DNA of 61,870 bases, filler included, from Dugesia japonica (lineage: Eukaryota), in assembly GCA_001938525.1 (NCBI GenBank). It is 6 parts of 6 records of this genome, joined end to end, with 100 filler letters (N's around TTAATTAATTAA, not from the genome) between each part and the next. Parts side by side here need not be neighbours in the genome. Positions count along the whole stretch, not along the records: positions 37,842 to 47,684 come from MQRL01385381.1; positions 47,785 to 61,870 come from MQRL01592501.1; 4 more parts are not named here. The stretch is one strand, 5' to 3'. This document shows positions 37,842 to 51,119 of the stretch, one piece after another. A program made the position numbers and the translations under genes. A model generated the notes under the pieces. That model was not told the DNA's origin. It searched no databases and worked only from the letters and a program-made list of their open reading frames with translations. Each line of letters opens with the position of its first letter. Positions within the stretch are counted from its first letter, which is position 1.

Positions 37842-40099
37842 GTTCATTTGCTTGCTCTATCCATTGGTTTTGCTGAAACACATGAACTATACTGTGTCCA
37901 CTTGCTTACTCTATATACAGAATATTAGAGAAGTGTTAGAAATTTCTCAAAACCTATGTAAAACAATGAGAAATTAGTTCAAATATTTCCGAGATGAGTT
38001 CCAAATTTAAACAAAATTTCAGAGATGTGTTGGAAAATTATTCAAAATTTCCAAGTAGTCATGAAAATCTATTTAAGATTTCCAAGTAGTGTGTGAAAAT
38101 TAATAAAACTTTTACAGACACCGTGAATTGTTATACGTTGATTCATTGAATATGATTAATTTGTTCCACTAGACATATATCTATAAGAAATAGTCATTAT
38201 TTCCATTTAAATAAACTCAAAACTGAGTCTAATGTTTACTGGGGGTCAACATGATTTTATAGTCTACCATCATAATTCATTTCATATAACCACTAATGAT
38301 ACAGTTAATTAATTTAAATAATTACTTATTAAGTGATATAACAATTTTGCCAATTCAAATATACTAGTTTGCTAATGAGTACACTAAGCCAATGTGATAG
38401 AGTAAAACCAGTGTGACACAGTTAGCCAATTTGTTATAGTATATTAATTTGTAACACTGAAACTGATGGTCTATGTGTTACATATACTAATGCGCAATAG
38501 TGAAACCGATGGTCACAGTAAAGTCTGTGTTACAGTAAAACCAGTGAAATATAGTAAAATCAACCAATAGCACACTTAATACCAGATCGAATCAAATAGT
38601 TCAAGTAAATTATTTGACTTATTATTAATTTACCAATTGAATATGCATGAAGTCTAATCATCTATTCACTAATTTCAATTAACAATGAATAAATTATAGT
38701 CGTCTACAAGCATAAATTCGCCACTAATGTACAAATTAAGACCACAGATATGTAATTTACTGACATCTATGCACAAGTTATGCTCACCACTTATGTGTAA
38801 AATATAGTTAACTATGTACAAAATGTTGAAACCTATGATTATATTGTAACTATGTGTAAATTGCAACCACCTACGTATCAATTGAGACATTAGTTTAAAA
38901 CTTTCAAGTCTAAATTTTATTTTTATAACTTGATTTTTTTATAGATATACTCAAAATATATACTAAGACTTTAAGCAATTCCATTAAAATGTACAGACCC
39001 GTAATTAAAATATAGGCTTAATTTATCATTATTATCGAATATAGTAGGTTTAATATATTTATAGTATTCATTAGATGTACTCTATTGCCTTTGTTTTGTA
39101 GAGTTCAGTAGTTGTATTTAAACAGTAGACAAATAGTTATAGAAAAATAGTAGAAAACAATGTAATAATATAGACCTATTTTATAAAGATTTATTAAATT
39201 ATTAATAATTTCCTTAATTTCTATAATTTTTATAATTTTCAAAGAGTTTAGCAAGGGATACTAAAAGCCAGTAAATATAGTAAACATGTAGATCGAGTAA
39301 GCAAATGGGTACCGAAAACCGATCTCCTACACTAAAACCAATGAGTTTCAGTAAATCAATGGATAGAGTAAGCCAATGTAAGACAGTAAAGCCCATGAGT
39401 TTAACTACAACTCATGTTTCAGTGTACACAGTAAAACCAATTACACAGTTAGCCCATGTTATTCAGTAAACCAGAATGAAATATTGAACCAATGTGGCGA
39501 AGTAAAACTAAGTGACACTGTTAATCCCATGTAATAGAGCAAGCAAGTGAACACAGTACAGTTCACGTGTTTCAGCAAAACCAATGGATAGAGCAAGCAA
39601 ATGAACATTACACATTACATTACACGAAGTATTTATTACTGTATTTGATCGATTCGGCAAATTATTTAATTTATTACAATAATTTATTTTAATTGTAGAC
39701 AAATAATGTAATTTAACTTAATTATGTCTAGAAGAATTTTTACTATTACAAAAATTTTGAGTAATTAATAAGTGTTGTAATTTAAATTTGTGTTTTTATT
39801 GTTGTCAATAAATTTAATTTAAAAATTTTATAAATTTTTGAAAATTTAAATTTTACATGTGTTNCCAATTTTAGTATTATTTTCATTTTTTTAAGTTTTC
39901 CAATGTAAATAGTTTGAAAAAAATTTTACCGCTTATTTTTAAAAGTAAATCAAAATTTATATTACAAAATCATTAAAATTCGTCATTTACTGGAAAAATC
40001 ATTTTTTTATTTTAAAGAAATTTAATGAATTAAGAAAATGAATTAAGATATTATAAAAAATACTAATTATAAATAAATAATTATTCATATTGTGAGTAT

Positions 40100-40683
40100 G
40101 TTTTTAAAAGTGAGTTGAAATTTTTGTTTGGTTGTTGATCGTTTTTCTTAAAATCTTTGCTTTGAAAAGCTTTAAATTGTAGATGAAAATTTTAAATGAC
40201 GAATGAGTATTTCCTTTTCGATAATTTAATGCAAATAATAAATCTTTACCGATATTTGCTGGTTCTTCAAAAGCTTTTCGGCATCTTTGGGCATAATCTT
40301 CAATTAAATCATCCACGGACTCATATCTTTTAAAAGCATCCAAGGAAAGAAATTCTTTGATAAATGTTCTTTTAACAAGACCTTGAGTCATTGTAAGCTC
40401 AAAAAATTTTGTTATCTAAATAAAAAATTCTTTCACGTCGTCTCCAATATCAAAAGCTTTTGGAGTAGGAACAAACAAATTTAGCATATGTCATTAGGTG
40501 GTCACCATGTTTGAAGTCTGTTTCATTATTATAATATTCATTAAATGACAATCTAAAAGGAGGAATAAATATATATGTAATTATGATTTGAGCAAATCAA
40601 CATACCTCAATCAGCAAACAAACATTGACCGATTATACAACACACAAAATATTTGAACTCAGTCAAATATTAATTATGCAACA
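40100..40683 (-). mobile_element. LTR + PBS + gag start of the same Gypsy family as 21050-23887
   Basis: LTR 40508-40683 aligns with 23711-23887; gag MLNLFVPTPKAFDIGDDVKEF. Confidence 0.75.
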
Positions 40684-42174
40684 TACTTTTTTAATAATCA
40701 TTTATAATAAATATAAAATATCCTCATATAGCATAATAAAATTTATATGATTGTAATAAATTTCTCTGTTTATTTAAAATATTAAAATTCTTCTACATAT
40801 TATAATTGTTCGTAATACCTAAATACCAATGTTAATTAACAACAAAAAATAAAACAAATTTTACTTTTAATTTTGAATAATAAATGTCCATCATATTTAA
40901 AATTGAAATAGCCAAACAAATATTAAATAATAATTATCAACCATATTTTAATTAATATGGTTAAACAAGAATTAATTGTAAAATCAAAAAAATTAATAAG
41001 TTGATAAATCTGAAAACTATAATCTGAGGGTATAAATTTAAAATCCTGTTAATTATAATTTGATAAATTTTAAACTTAAGAATTATAAAACTTATAAACT
41101 TTAAACTTCATAATTAGAAACTGTTTAATTTTAAACTTGTACATTTTAAGCTGTTAAACTTGATTCATATTAAATTTAAACTGATAAATTTAAAATTGTA
41201 TTAATTTTAAACTGCTATATTTGGATTCCTATGAAACTTACAAATTCTTCATTTAAAATCTCATGACTTTTAAGGTTTATGATGAAAGTTGTATTTTCAA
41301 TGAGGAGTTTTATACTTTCTATGTAGTTGTCTCTAATTTTCTATGATTACTTGTTTTTTTTACCAGGATGATACCTGTATATTATATGATGAAGTGTCTA
41401 TATTTTGTGGTGAAACTATAATTTTACATGACAAAGTGATTGTTTTCAATAATGAATCTTATATTTTACATGGTGACCTAGAAATTTAATGTGTTGTTTT
41501 AGAACTTTGTGTGATGTAATATAATTTTAAAGCGTTGACTTAGAAATTCCAATGTGATGAATAGAATAAATTTAATTAATCAATCAGTAAATGTTTCTTT
41601 AGTTCTTTAGTAAAATAATTTGATAAAATAAAAATTTTTATTTATGAGAATTGGTACATAGAAATTAAAAATTATATTAAAAAAATTAAAAAAACAAAAT
41701 CTAGTGGTAAACTTTATGATACAACTTTATTAGATACAACTAAAGAATTCATTGATAATTATTTTCAAATTTCAAATAAAATAAAGAAATCTGATTATCA
41801 AATAGGTGAACACTATAATATTATTAGACAATGTAAATCCCATTCACTTTTTTGTTGAACTACTTTATTTAATAAAAATGAATTACCATCTATAAAATTT
41901 TTATCTAATTGTGAAATTTTAAAAATAATAATAATAATTATATATTATTTAAACTATTACAACTTTATTTTTTTATTAAAAATACTAAACATGTTTATTT
42001 TATAATAAAATGTTCAACTGAATTACCTCAATTTAAAATTCAAGTACAAATTAATGATTTTTTAAAAGAATTTACTTACAACTTTACAGAAAAATAGAAT
42101 ATAAACTTTTTATTGAAGATTCACAAGTTGCTTTGAATTTCCTAAAGAGAAAATAAATAGATGAAATTAACAAT

Positions 42175-42630
42175 TGCAATTATTGCGAGAATAATTATTG
42201 GACATAACCATTGATAGTTTTACAGAATTCATTTAAAAAAAAAGTCTCGATTAAAATATTTTGTTTTTATTTTTATTGATATTTGATAACAATTTGATAT
42301 TTCGACCTTGTCTTCTTCAGGAATTGACTTTTTAATTTATTCAATAAATATTCTTATAATAGTAATTTTCTTTGGATAAATTTAATTTCACTAAATCTTA
42401 ATTGGTTAATTTTAATTTTAAATTTAATTATTATAAATTACATTTATTTTAGGATTGTTTTCTTCATATTTTTTTCTATGCAGTGTAGAAATATAGCCTG
42501 TACCTAGTGTTTTCCATGTAATGTGATGTTGTTCTGGTGAAATTTAATGCTTGTGTTGAAAGTGTTTGAAGACTTCACTTTCTTTTTGTTTCAAATGTTC
42601 CTTAATTCTTGTACAGAATATTCTTTTTTT
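42175..42630 (-). mobile_element. 3' end of a Penelope-like element (GIY-YIG C-terminus, 3'UTR, hammerhead)
   Basis: RIFCTRIKEHLKQKESEVFKHF...WKTLG...RKKYEENNPKIN* followed by the ribozyme. Confidence 0.75.
42291..42325 (-). ncRNA. Minimal hammerhead ribozyme
   Basis: aauuc-CUGAAGA-a-gac(aag)guc-GAAA-ua-UC-aaauu (one stem I mismatch). Confidence 0.7.
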
Positions 42631-43397
42631 TATTACCGTGTGTCACCTTATACATAAAAAGCAAAGATTTTATATTTGCTGTAACCATATCAATGGGATT
42701 TGACTCACTTGGTGGAAAATATGTGCAGGTTAGTATTTTATTGTGCTTAATGAACTTCGCAACATTTTTTTATTAGTTTTTATTTTCAATGACTAATATA
42801 ATAAATGAGGAAATAACATTACTAATATAGAATAATAATAAAATATAATAATAAAAATAAAACAGTATTCGGTTTATAACTAATTTTATACTTTTAATCA
42901 CCCATTTTAGATATATCCAAATTAGATTGAAAGGATTAGATGCCAAATTCTAATTGTTGTATTGTTATATTGGAAACTATTCAATAACTCAAAACGTTGT
43001 TATATTGAGTTACTCAGTAAAATAAAATGTTTTGATTAACTGAGTAACTCAACATTTATTATTTTTTGATTTACTAAAAAAGAAATACCAAACATCATCA
43101 TTTTAAAATTATAAATAATCGTTAAATACAATTGCGAAAACGTTTTTATTTTTATTTTCAAAATGTAATTCTTGGTGAAACTTTCATTTTTACTATTAAT
43201 CTGTAAATTAGAATTTCATTTTCCCCTTCTAAATAATTTTTTAACAATAATTGAAATAATTGCTATTATTTAAATTTAAATAATGACTTAAAAAATTTGT
43301 TTGATAAATTTGTTAAATTATTTTATTTTTGACTGTCTTAATTTATTTAAAATAAAAGGTTCGATCAAAATTTTGTTTTTTTTCGTTTTTGATAAAA

Positions 43398-43426
43398 CTT
43401 CTACATTTCGACTTTGTCTTCGTCAG
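43398..43426 (-). ncRNA. Minimal hammerhead ribozyme (5' stem I strand lost in a gap)
   Basis: CUGACGA-a-gac(aaa)guc-GAAA-ug-UA-gaag. Confidence 0.65.
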
Positions 43427-44539
43427 NNNNNNNNNNNNNNNNNNNNNNNNNNNNNNNNNNNNNNNNNNNNNNNNNNNNNNNNNNNNNNNNNNNNNNNNNN
43501 NNNNNNNNNNNNNNNNNNNNNNNNNNNNNNNNNNNNNNNNNNNNNNNNNNNNNNNNNNNNNNNNNNNNNNNNNNNNNNNNNNNNNNNNNNNNNNNNNNNN
43601 NNNNNNNNNNNNNNNNNNNNNNNNNNNNNNNNNNNNNNNNNNNNNNNNTAATTTGTATTATATGAATATATTATGTTAATTGTGTATAATTGAAGACTCT
43701 ATTTCGTTTACAGTGTGTATAATATAATTCTTTTATGTTTATTGTATCTATTATATAACTATATTGGTTTTATTGTATCTATTTATTTGTATGCATTAGA
43801 TTTATTCTGTGTATTTAAGTGACTTTATTGGATTATTTTTGTGTCGTATGTTGCATTATTTCATGTATTGCATTTATTATATGAATATATGGTATCTTTT
43901 GTGTATTTAAGTGGTTTTATTGGTTTAATAATGCGTATTATATGACATTATTGGCTGTAGTTTATGATATTATTTCGTGTATTGTGTGTATTTTAAGGTA
44001 TATTATTAAGGTATATATTATTAAAACAGAGTATATTATGTATGTATTATACTACTATATTGGGTAAATTGTGTGTATTGTATGACTTTAAAGAGTTTAA
44101 TGTGTGTATTTTAAAAACTCATTGGGTTTATTGTATTTATTTTATTATCATAATAGGTTTATTGTTTGTATTATACAGCTCTTTAATAGTTTATTGTATG
44201 TATTTAATGACTTTATTGGGTTTATTATATGTATTATATGACTTTATAAGGATTATTTTGTTTATTATATAATTCTATTAGATTTCTTGTGTGTAAATTA
44301 TAAATCTATATGGTTTAATGTATGAAACTAGTGACTTTATGGGGTTTATTGAGTAGATAATGCTCATTGCTTTACTGCATATTAAATTCTATTAAGTTTA
44401 TTGTATTAAATTCTATTGTTGTGATTAGTTGATGTTTGCTAAAATTGATATGATTCAATAATATTTGTTTTAACAGTTATGATTAGTTACCAAGTTTATA
44501 TAAATAGGACATATTTATAAAATAAATTCACTTTTTACA

Positions 44540-45070
44540 AAAATACCTTTTAATGCTTTTGAAAATCCCGATCAAAGTGAAAGAGTTCTTGAAAATAGTC
44601 CTAACCAGGGAGATTAGAAAATATAATGGAAGCAAATGATAACAGAACCATGAATATTGATGGAGAAGAAATATAAGAGACAATCATTCAAGATGAACAA
44701 AAAACAGATAAAAAAGATGTAAGATACATGCAATGGTAATGATATTGTTCATTTTAAAAATATGAACAAAAAATATGAACATTACTATGGTAAGAGTTTA
44801 ATTTATTATTACTTTATTTAATCTAATTTTTTAGAATTAGCAAATGAGATATTAAATGAAAGGTTTCCAAATTTTTTTAATGAATATATGCTGTTGACCT
44901 TGGAGGAATATTTTGATCATATATTGCAGATAACAGCAATAGACAAGGATCTAATTATGTAAGATTTCCATCAGGAACTGCGATTTGATTTCCCGTCCAA
45001 TGTAAACAAGACACATTATGACATCTTAATGAAACATATTCTAAAGATGATTGAAGATTTTGAGAATTAA
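44540..45070 (+). pseudogene. Second copy of the two-exon acidic gene (intron 44790-44834)
   Basis: ENIMEANDN...YYG|ELANEILNERFPNFFNEYMLL; contains stop codons. Confidence 0.6.
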
Positions 45071-46559
45071 ATGTCATATTAATTAATATTTTATTGGATA
45101 ATTGTTTTCTTTTATTTATTATTTTTTTATAAATAGTAAATTAACAAAGTTTTTAAGTAGTAAAATAATAAATGTTTCTTATTGTAAATAGTTTTTAATA
45201 ATGAATGCAATAGGCATGCAATAGTGTTCCAACACAGCGAAACGTGCCTGGGACGTTTAGAATGCTCAAAACATACCAAGACTGCCCCATCTACTGAAAA
45301 AATGTAAAGACTGCTACACCCCATACATAAATTTCAAATCTGCTAAAAAATACATTTATTTTTCAAAATACATCATTTTCAATATATTCACTATTCTATC
45401 TATAAAACAAACGTTTTTCAAAAATTCATTACGTCACCTACACTCCACAGAAAAAATTCGTTTAAATCTTATAAATAATTAATTACCTTAAAACCCATAC
45501 CTGTTTCTCTCGAAGAAAAGTTTTTAAATATTCACTATACTACTTACAAAAATTAACCAATCAAATTATTGATTAAAAATTCACTACCACCTCTTTACTA
45601 TCATACTCCCTATTACATTACCTTTCCAAGAAGCCATTACCAACCAAAATCTATCAAGTACCAACAACTCTATACCACTTCAGGCAATCAACTCAAGATA
45701 ACGCATATACTGTGCCAGTGTACCACCATCCCTTGTAGACCAAACCATCCATCCTATCCATAAGTCCTTTAGACGATGTATAAACAGAATATTAGTCCTG
45801 ACAAGCTCATACCAAAAATCCATAAAACCATTAAACCCAAGATTTCCAGACCTCCTTCGAGTCCACTTTAACTTTTACACACACACCCACTCACACACAC
45901 TACACCAACCTCACCTACTTCAATTTAACCACTTTCACTTTCCAAACACACAGAAATTTTAAAATCAAATTTACCCCCACCTCCACCCTCCCAGTATCAA
46001 AAATTCATGATCCAAATAAAAAAAATAATTCGATCAAAAATTTTATGATCCCATATATCTTAAAAAAATCCACGACAATACATACAAAAATTCTAGCGCA
46101 ATTATATGATTTTTCGCGAGAGGGGGCTCAAAAATACTGAAAGTGACCGTGCGAAACTATCTACCTACTTATTTTTATTATTACATTTTATTATTATTAC
46201 TATTCTATATTAATAATGTTATTTCCTCATTTAGTATATTAATGTTAAAAGTAAAAACTAATAAGCAAAAAATGTTCAATAAACACAATAATTTACTGAG
46301 CTGCAAATATTTCCCACCTAATTAGTCAAATCCCATTGGTTACAACAAATATAAAATCTATGTTTTTATGTAAAAGACGACGCACGGAAATAACAAAAAA
46401 TTAAACACAAAGTAAAATTTTAAATGAATAAATTAAAGCAAAAAAAACTAAATTAACCTATTTAAACAAAAAAATAATAATAATAAATTTAAAGAAATTA
46501 TAAAAAAATGAACTTCATAAATGAAAACAAAAAATATTAAACCTGTCCACGGAATTTTC

Positions 46560-46700
46560 ATATTAAGTACGCTTGAGGATTAATAATATTAAGTCTGCTG
46601 GGGATTATTAATATGAAGTCTGCCGGAGGATTAATAAAATTAAGTCTACCAAGAGATTAATAATATAAAGTCTGTTGGTGAATTAATGATATTAAATCTT
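46560..46700. repeat. 27-bp minisatellite x~5
   Basis: Unit ~gaggattaataatattaagtctgctgg. Confidence 0.8.
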
Positions 46701-47684
46701 CCCAGATCATAGTTGACATTGACCTACAAATAGTTGTAATGGAAATGACTTTGATCTACATTCATTTATCTACGTTGATCTACGTTTATTCAACGAATAA
46801 AATATTCCACCAATAAGATCACTAGATACAGTATCCATTTGACCTTGAAATTTTCTACCAATCAAAATTGAGTATACTAGATCAATTTAGCCTTGAAAAA
46901 GTTTGACCTGGACTGGGAGGTCTAACCCAGTGCGCTACTATCTACCTAGTAATGTCTCCAGAGAATCTTTATCGTGAAGATAAATGCAATTAAAATCTAT
47001 ATCATAATCTACAAGATTATATTTCCAATGACAAAAAATTATTATACAAGATTTGAAAACAAAATGAGCTAATTTGAGAATAGATGATCTTGAATCTGAT
47101 TTAAATTTTTATAGATGAATAGATTAAACATTATACTACAAATTATAAAAGACGGAGTAATTTGGATAATGGAATACGATTTACAGACAAAAGAATGAAG
47201 TGAGAAAATAATTTAGAATGTCTGAACCCTACATACAAAATAATTTTGAAAAGAACTTACCACTGAAAGAATAATTAACATTATGAAAACAAAGCAATCG
47301 GTGATTAGACAAAACAAATTAAAAATAATTGAGTATCTATTATTTCTATAATACATTCAAAACGAATATTACATTTTCGAGGAATCGTTTTTATGAATGA
47401 TTTTCATTTGCTTCACAACCGTACTCTTGTCTGATTCTCCATTACCTAAAATACCATAACTATTCACACATTTTAATAATTACATAAATATCATAGAAAA
47501 ATAATTATGAAGTTAACTTTATTAAACCCAGAGATTTATTTTTTCATTTTCAGAAATTCTTAGTAAAATCATGCTTTTCTGATTAATTTGTGGATATCAA
47601 TAATTTAAACAAAATTTTGATTTAATAAAATATTTTATCTTTGTGGGATATTTATTTCATCAAAAGGCTCTTAATGGTGATGTA

Positions 47685-47784
47685 NNNNNNNNNNNNNNNN
47701 NNNNNNNNNNNNNNNNNNNNNNNNNNNNTTAATTAATTAANNNNNNNNNNNNNNNNNNNNNNNNNNNNNNNNNNNNNNNNNNNN
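47685..47784. other. Artificial contig linker
   Basis: 44 N + TTAATTAATTAA + 44 N. Confidence 0.95.
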
Positions 47785-48172
47785 CGCCTAATAAGCCTAA
47801 AAGATTTTCACAACTAAACACACAGGAAAAATTAAACACCACATTACCGCTTAAAAAGTCTAAAATATTTTCCTAAATAAAACCACAGGAAAAATTAAAC
47901 ACCAGTTAATCCTATTACGTAACATTTCACCGATGAAATTAATCTTATGACCTAATTTGTGTGCAAAAAATTTTCCCAACTAAATACAGGGGGAAACGTA
48001 ACACCAAATTATGTAATAATCTCGCGACGAAATTAATTACGTTATTTAATGCACACAAATGTGTACCGCCGCCTATTTAGATTAGAAAATTACTGGATAA
48101 CTTATGTAATAATCCGATTACGTAAAGAGGGCGGGGGGCTTACTGAATGTGTATGGTGTTGTCCGCCACTAT
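47785..48172. repeat. Interspersed repeat (possible Polinton terminal region), second copy ~54525-54838
   Basis: Shared aaaccacaggaaaa, ttaatcctattacgtaa, gtgtgcaaaaaattttccca, ttactgaatgtgt. Confidence 0.65.
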
Positions 48173-49805
48173 TAAATTTTTTTATTGAGTTTATTAACTC
48201 AATTTAAATTAAAACTGTTGAAATATTTGATGAATATGAGATTATAANNNNNNNNNNNNNNNNNNNNNNNCGACAAGATTAAATGGTGATTAGCAAGTAA
48301 AAAGTGTACCCTAATTGTTGAAAGAATTAAATATAATTATTAATTTATCAGTTATTTTATCCATTATTTTGTTGAACTTTTAAACATTGTTCACATATGT
48401 TTATCTAATTTTAATTTATCCAAAGATTAGTTCTTTAGACGATGTAGTTTTGTTATGAGAAAAAAGGTTTAAGATTTTTCATAGCTGATGACAGTACTGC
48501 TTTAAACAAACTCTCAATTGTTTCTTAAGTTCATGAATCGTGTTAAAACTGATGGAAGTATATTATTTTACACTTAAAATTATTGCGAGAATAATTTTTG
48601 GACATAATCATCGATCGTTTTTCATAATTTTTACACGGGTTCATTGGGTGCCGCTGTTGGCTATACATTGGAACTTAATTTTTTCGATTTTCTTCTATAT
48701 TTCATCTTTTTAAGATACATAAGATTTCTTATCTTTTTCATGCATACGTTATTTAATTTCTATTTTATATCAGTAATCACTGGTTTTTAAAATAAATAAA
48801 AAAATTTGAAAGAATTAGTGAGAAGTTAAAGTTTTAATATTGTAATATTTTAATATTAATAAAAAAAAGATTTTTTGAGATTTAATTTTAAAATAAAAAC
48901 TTTTTACTTTAAATAAACCAATAAACTTTCGATAAAAGATAAAGAATTTTGTAGCAGAGATCTATTGTCCTTTTGAATTATCAGAAATTCATCATTCCTG
49001 NNNNNNNNNNNNNNNNNNNNNNNNNNNNNNNNNNNNNNNNNNNNNNNNNNNNNNNNNNNNNNNNNNNNTATTTTAATGAAATATCAATAATCAATTTAAA
49101 CAAATCAAATTATTCTTGTCATTGGTCAGAAGTTAAGGTTTTTTACCAAGACTGATATTTGCGTTTAAATTGTCACAGATTTTGAAGTTTAATTACCTTC
49201 ACACGCGGTAACAAAAGCTTCGTAGAACTATAGTCTAGGCCGCAATACCAACATTTAAGATTATAAGGGACTCCAAAAGACTAAAACGTCCTGGAAGATT
49301 TAGAAGTCAGAACATGTAACAGACGAGGTAGAAAACAGTTTTTTACCGGTCGGGTCTGTATCTGAATCCCCCGTGAGCACTAGTAATAATAGTGATGTGT
49401 GCGATATGTAATACCAACATTCAGCATTACCAAATGTATTGTACTTATCGTTACGTTCAATAGTAATGTTTTGAAGAGTTCACTGTTGATGTTAACAAAA
49501 ACTTCTTTGGAGTGAAAATGTACAGACCGTACAACCTTATAGAAATATAAGGCATGGTTGGCAATCCCAACGGGCTTTTAGTCCACCAGAGTATGCTTGC
49601 ACTTATCGTATGAGTTCAATTTCAGCAGCCTTCTGAAAGGTTCNCTTTTGGTGTTTATCTTGCCAAAAGTGCCTTTTTGAGATGATAGTATACATATGTA
49701 TAAAATATAAAATAAAAATAAAAATAAAATAAAATATAGTGGTATTATATATCATTTGATTATTGACCCGAACCCAATCTTATTATTGTATATCATCGTC
49801 TAAAC

Positions 49806-51119
49806 CAGTGTTTCTCAAAATTTTTGAACCACGGACCTCTTTTTGAAGGTTTGAAATTTCCATGGACCCCCTATTATATATGTAACTTTTATCAAACATA
49901 GATACGTATTTAATACGTATTTAATACATATTTAATACATATTTATTACATATTTAATGCATATTTAATGCATATTTAATGCATATTTAATACATATTTA
50001 ATGCATATAAAATACATATTTAACGCATATTTAATACATATTTAATGCATATGTAATACATATTTAATTTTGATCGAAGCTTTTTCTTTATTTTAATGAA
50101 ATCACATATTTAATACATATTTAATACATATTTATTACATATTTAATGCATATTTAATGCATATTTAATACATATTTAATACATATTTAATGCATATTTT
50201 TTAGGCTAAAAAATTAAGCTAAATTTCTTGTTTTTGAAAATATATTTAAAACATTTTACAATCAAAAACAAAAAGAACTCAATAAACACCATTTGAATTA
50301 CTTGACCTTTTTCTTTTTAATAAGTGCATTATTTTATGAATTTTATCTCAACATAAAAGTTTATTTATAACAATAATAATCTACTTTTGCCTATGAGTTT
50401 TGCTGTTGTTTCTTTTTGTATCTTAAAAATATCGATTTCTTTTGTTTTTAAGGTAAAGAAAAATTACGGAAAATAAGAATTTTGTAATAGCAAACGACAT
50501 TAATTAAACAAAATCTTATATTTTGTACTTTGAAATTGTCTTTTTCTTCAATTTTTCTAAATTTTGAACTTAAATTATTTTTTCTTCAACCAATTTTTAG
50601 TAATTCTTTTTGATTTTTTTGATGTATGTTTATACATCAAAAGAAATTATTATAAATTGGTTGAAGAAATAAATAATTTAAGTTCAAAATTTTAAAAAAT
50701 TGAAAAAAAAGACATTTTCAAAGTAACCAAACTTGAAGGATTGTTGAGGAGACTAAAGATTGAATATTTTATTTTAGACAATCATAAATCGTTACTATTA
50801 ATTTTTAGAAGTCATGAACTTCATAAGTTAAAAACTAAAAAGAATATAAACTAACAATAAATAATTAACTTTTTAAGTCGTGCTAAAAAGTTTGGTCATT
50901 CTACAAACAAGGCACATAATAGAGACTACTATATATGCATCAGTAATTAAATCTGCTAAACGGAATTAACTAATTATAAAATATTTCAAAAATACAAAAA
51001 AGATAATTGATCAGTTACGGACCCCCACGGACCCCCTTCTATTACATATTCCTATGTGGACCCCATGAATCGTTCCACGGACCCTAGAGGATCCATACGG
51101 ACCACTTTGAGAAACACTA
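49806..51119. mobile_element. Non-autonomous hAT element with nested insertions
   Basis: TIRs cagtgtttctcaaa / tttgagaaacacta, 8-bp TSD gtctaaac/gcctaaac, subterminal cacggaccc motifs, and an internal 12-bp tandem (catatttaat[a/g]) at ~49905-50200. Confidence 0.85.
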
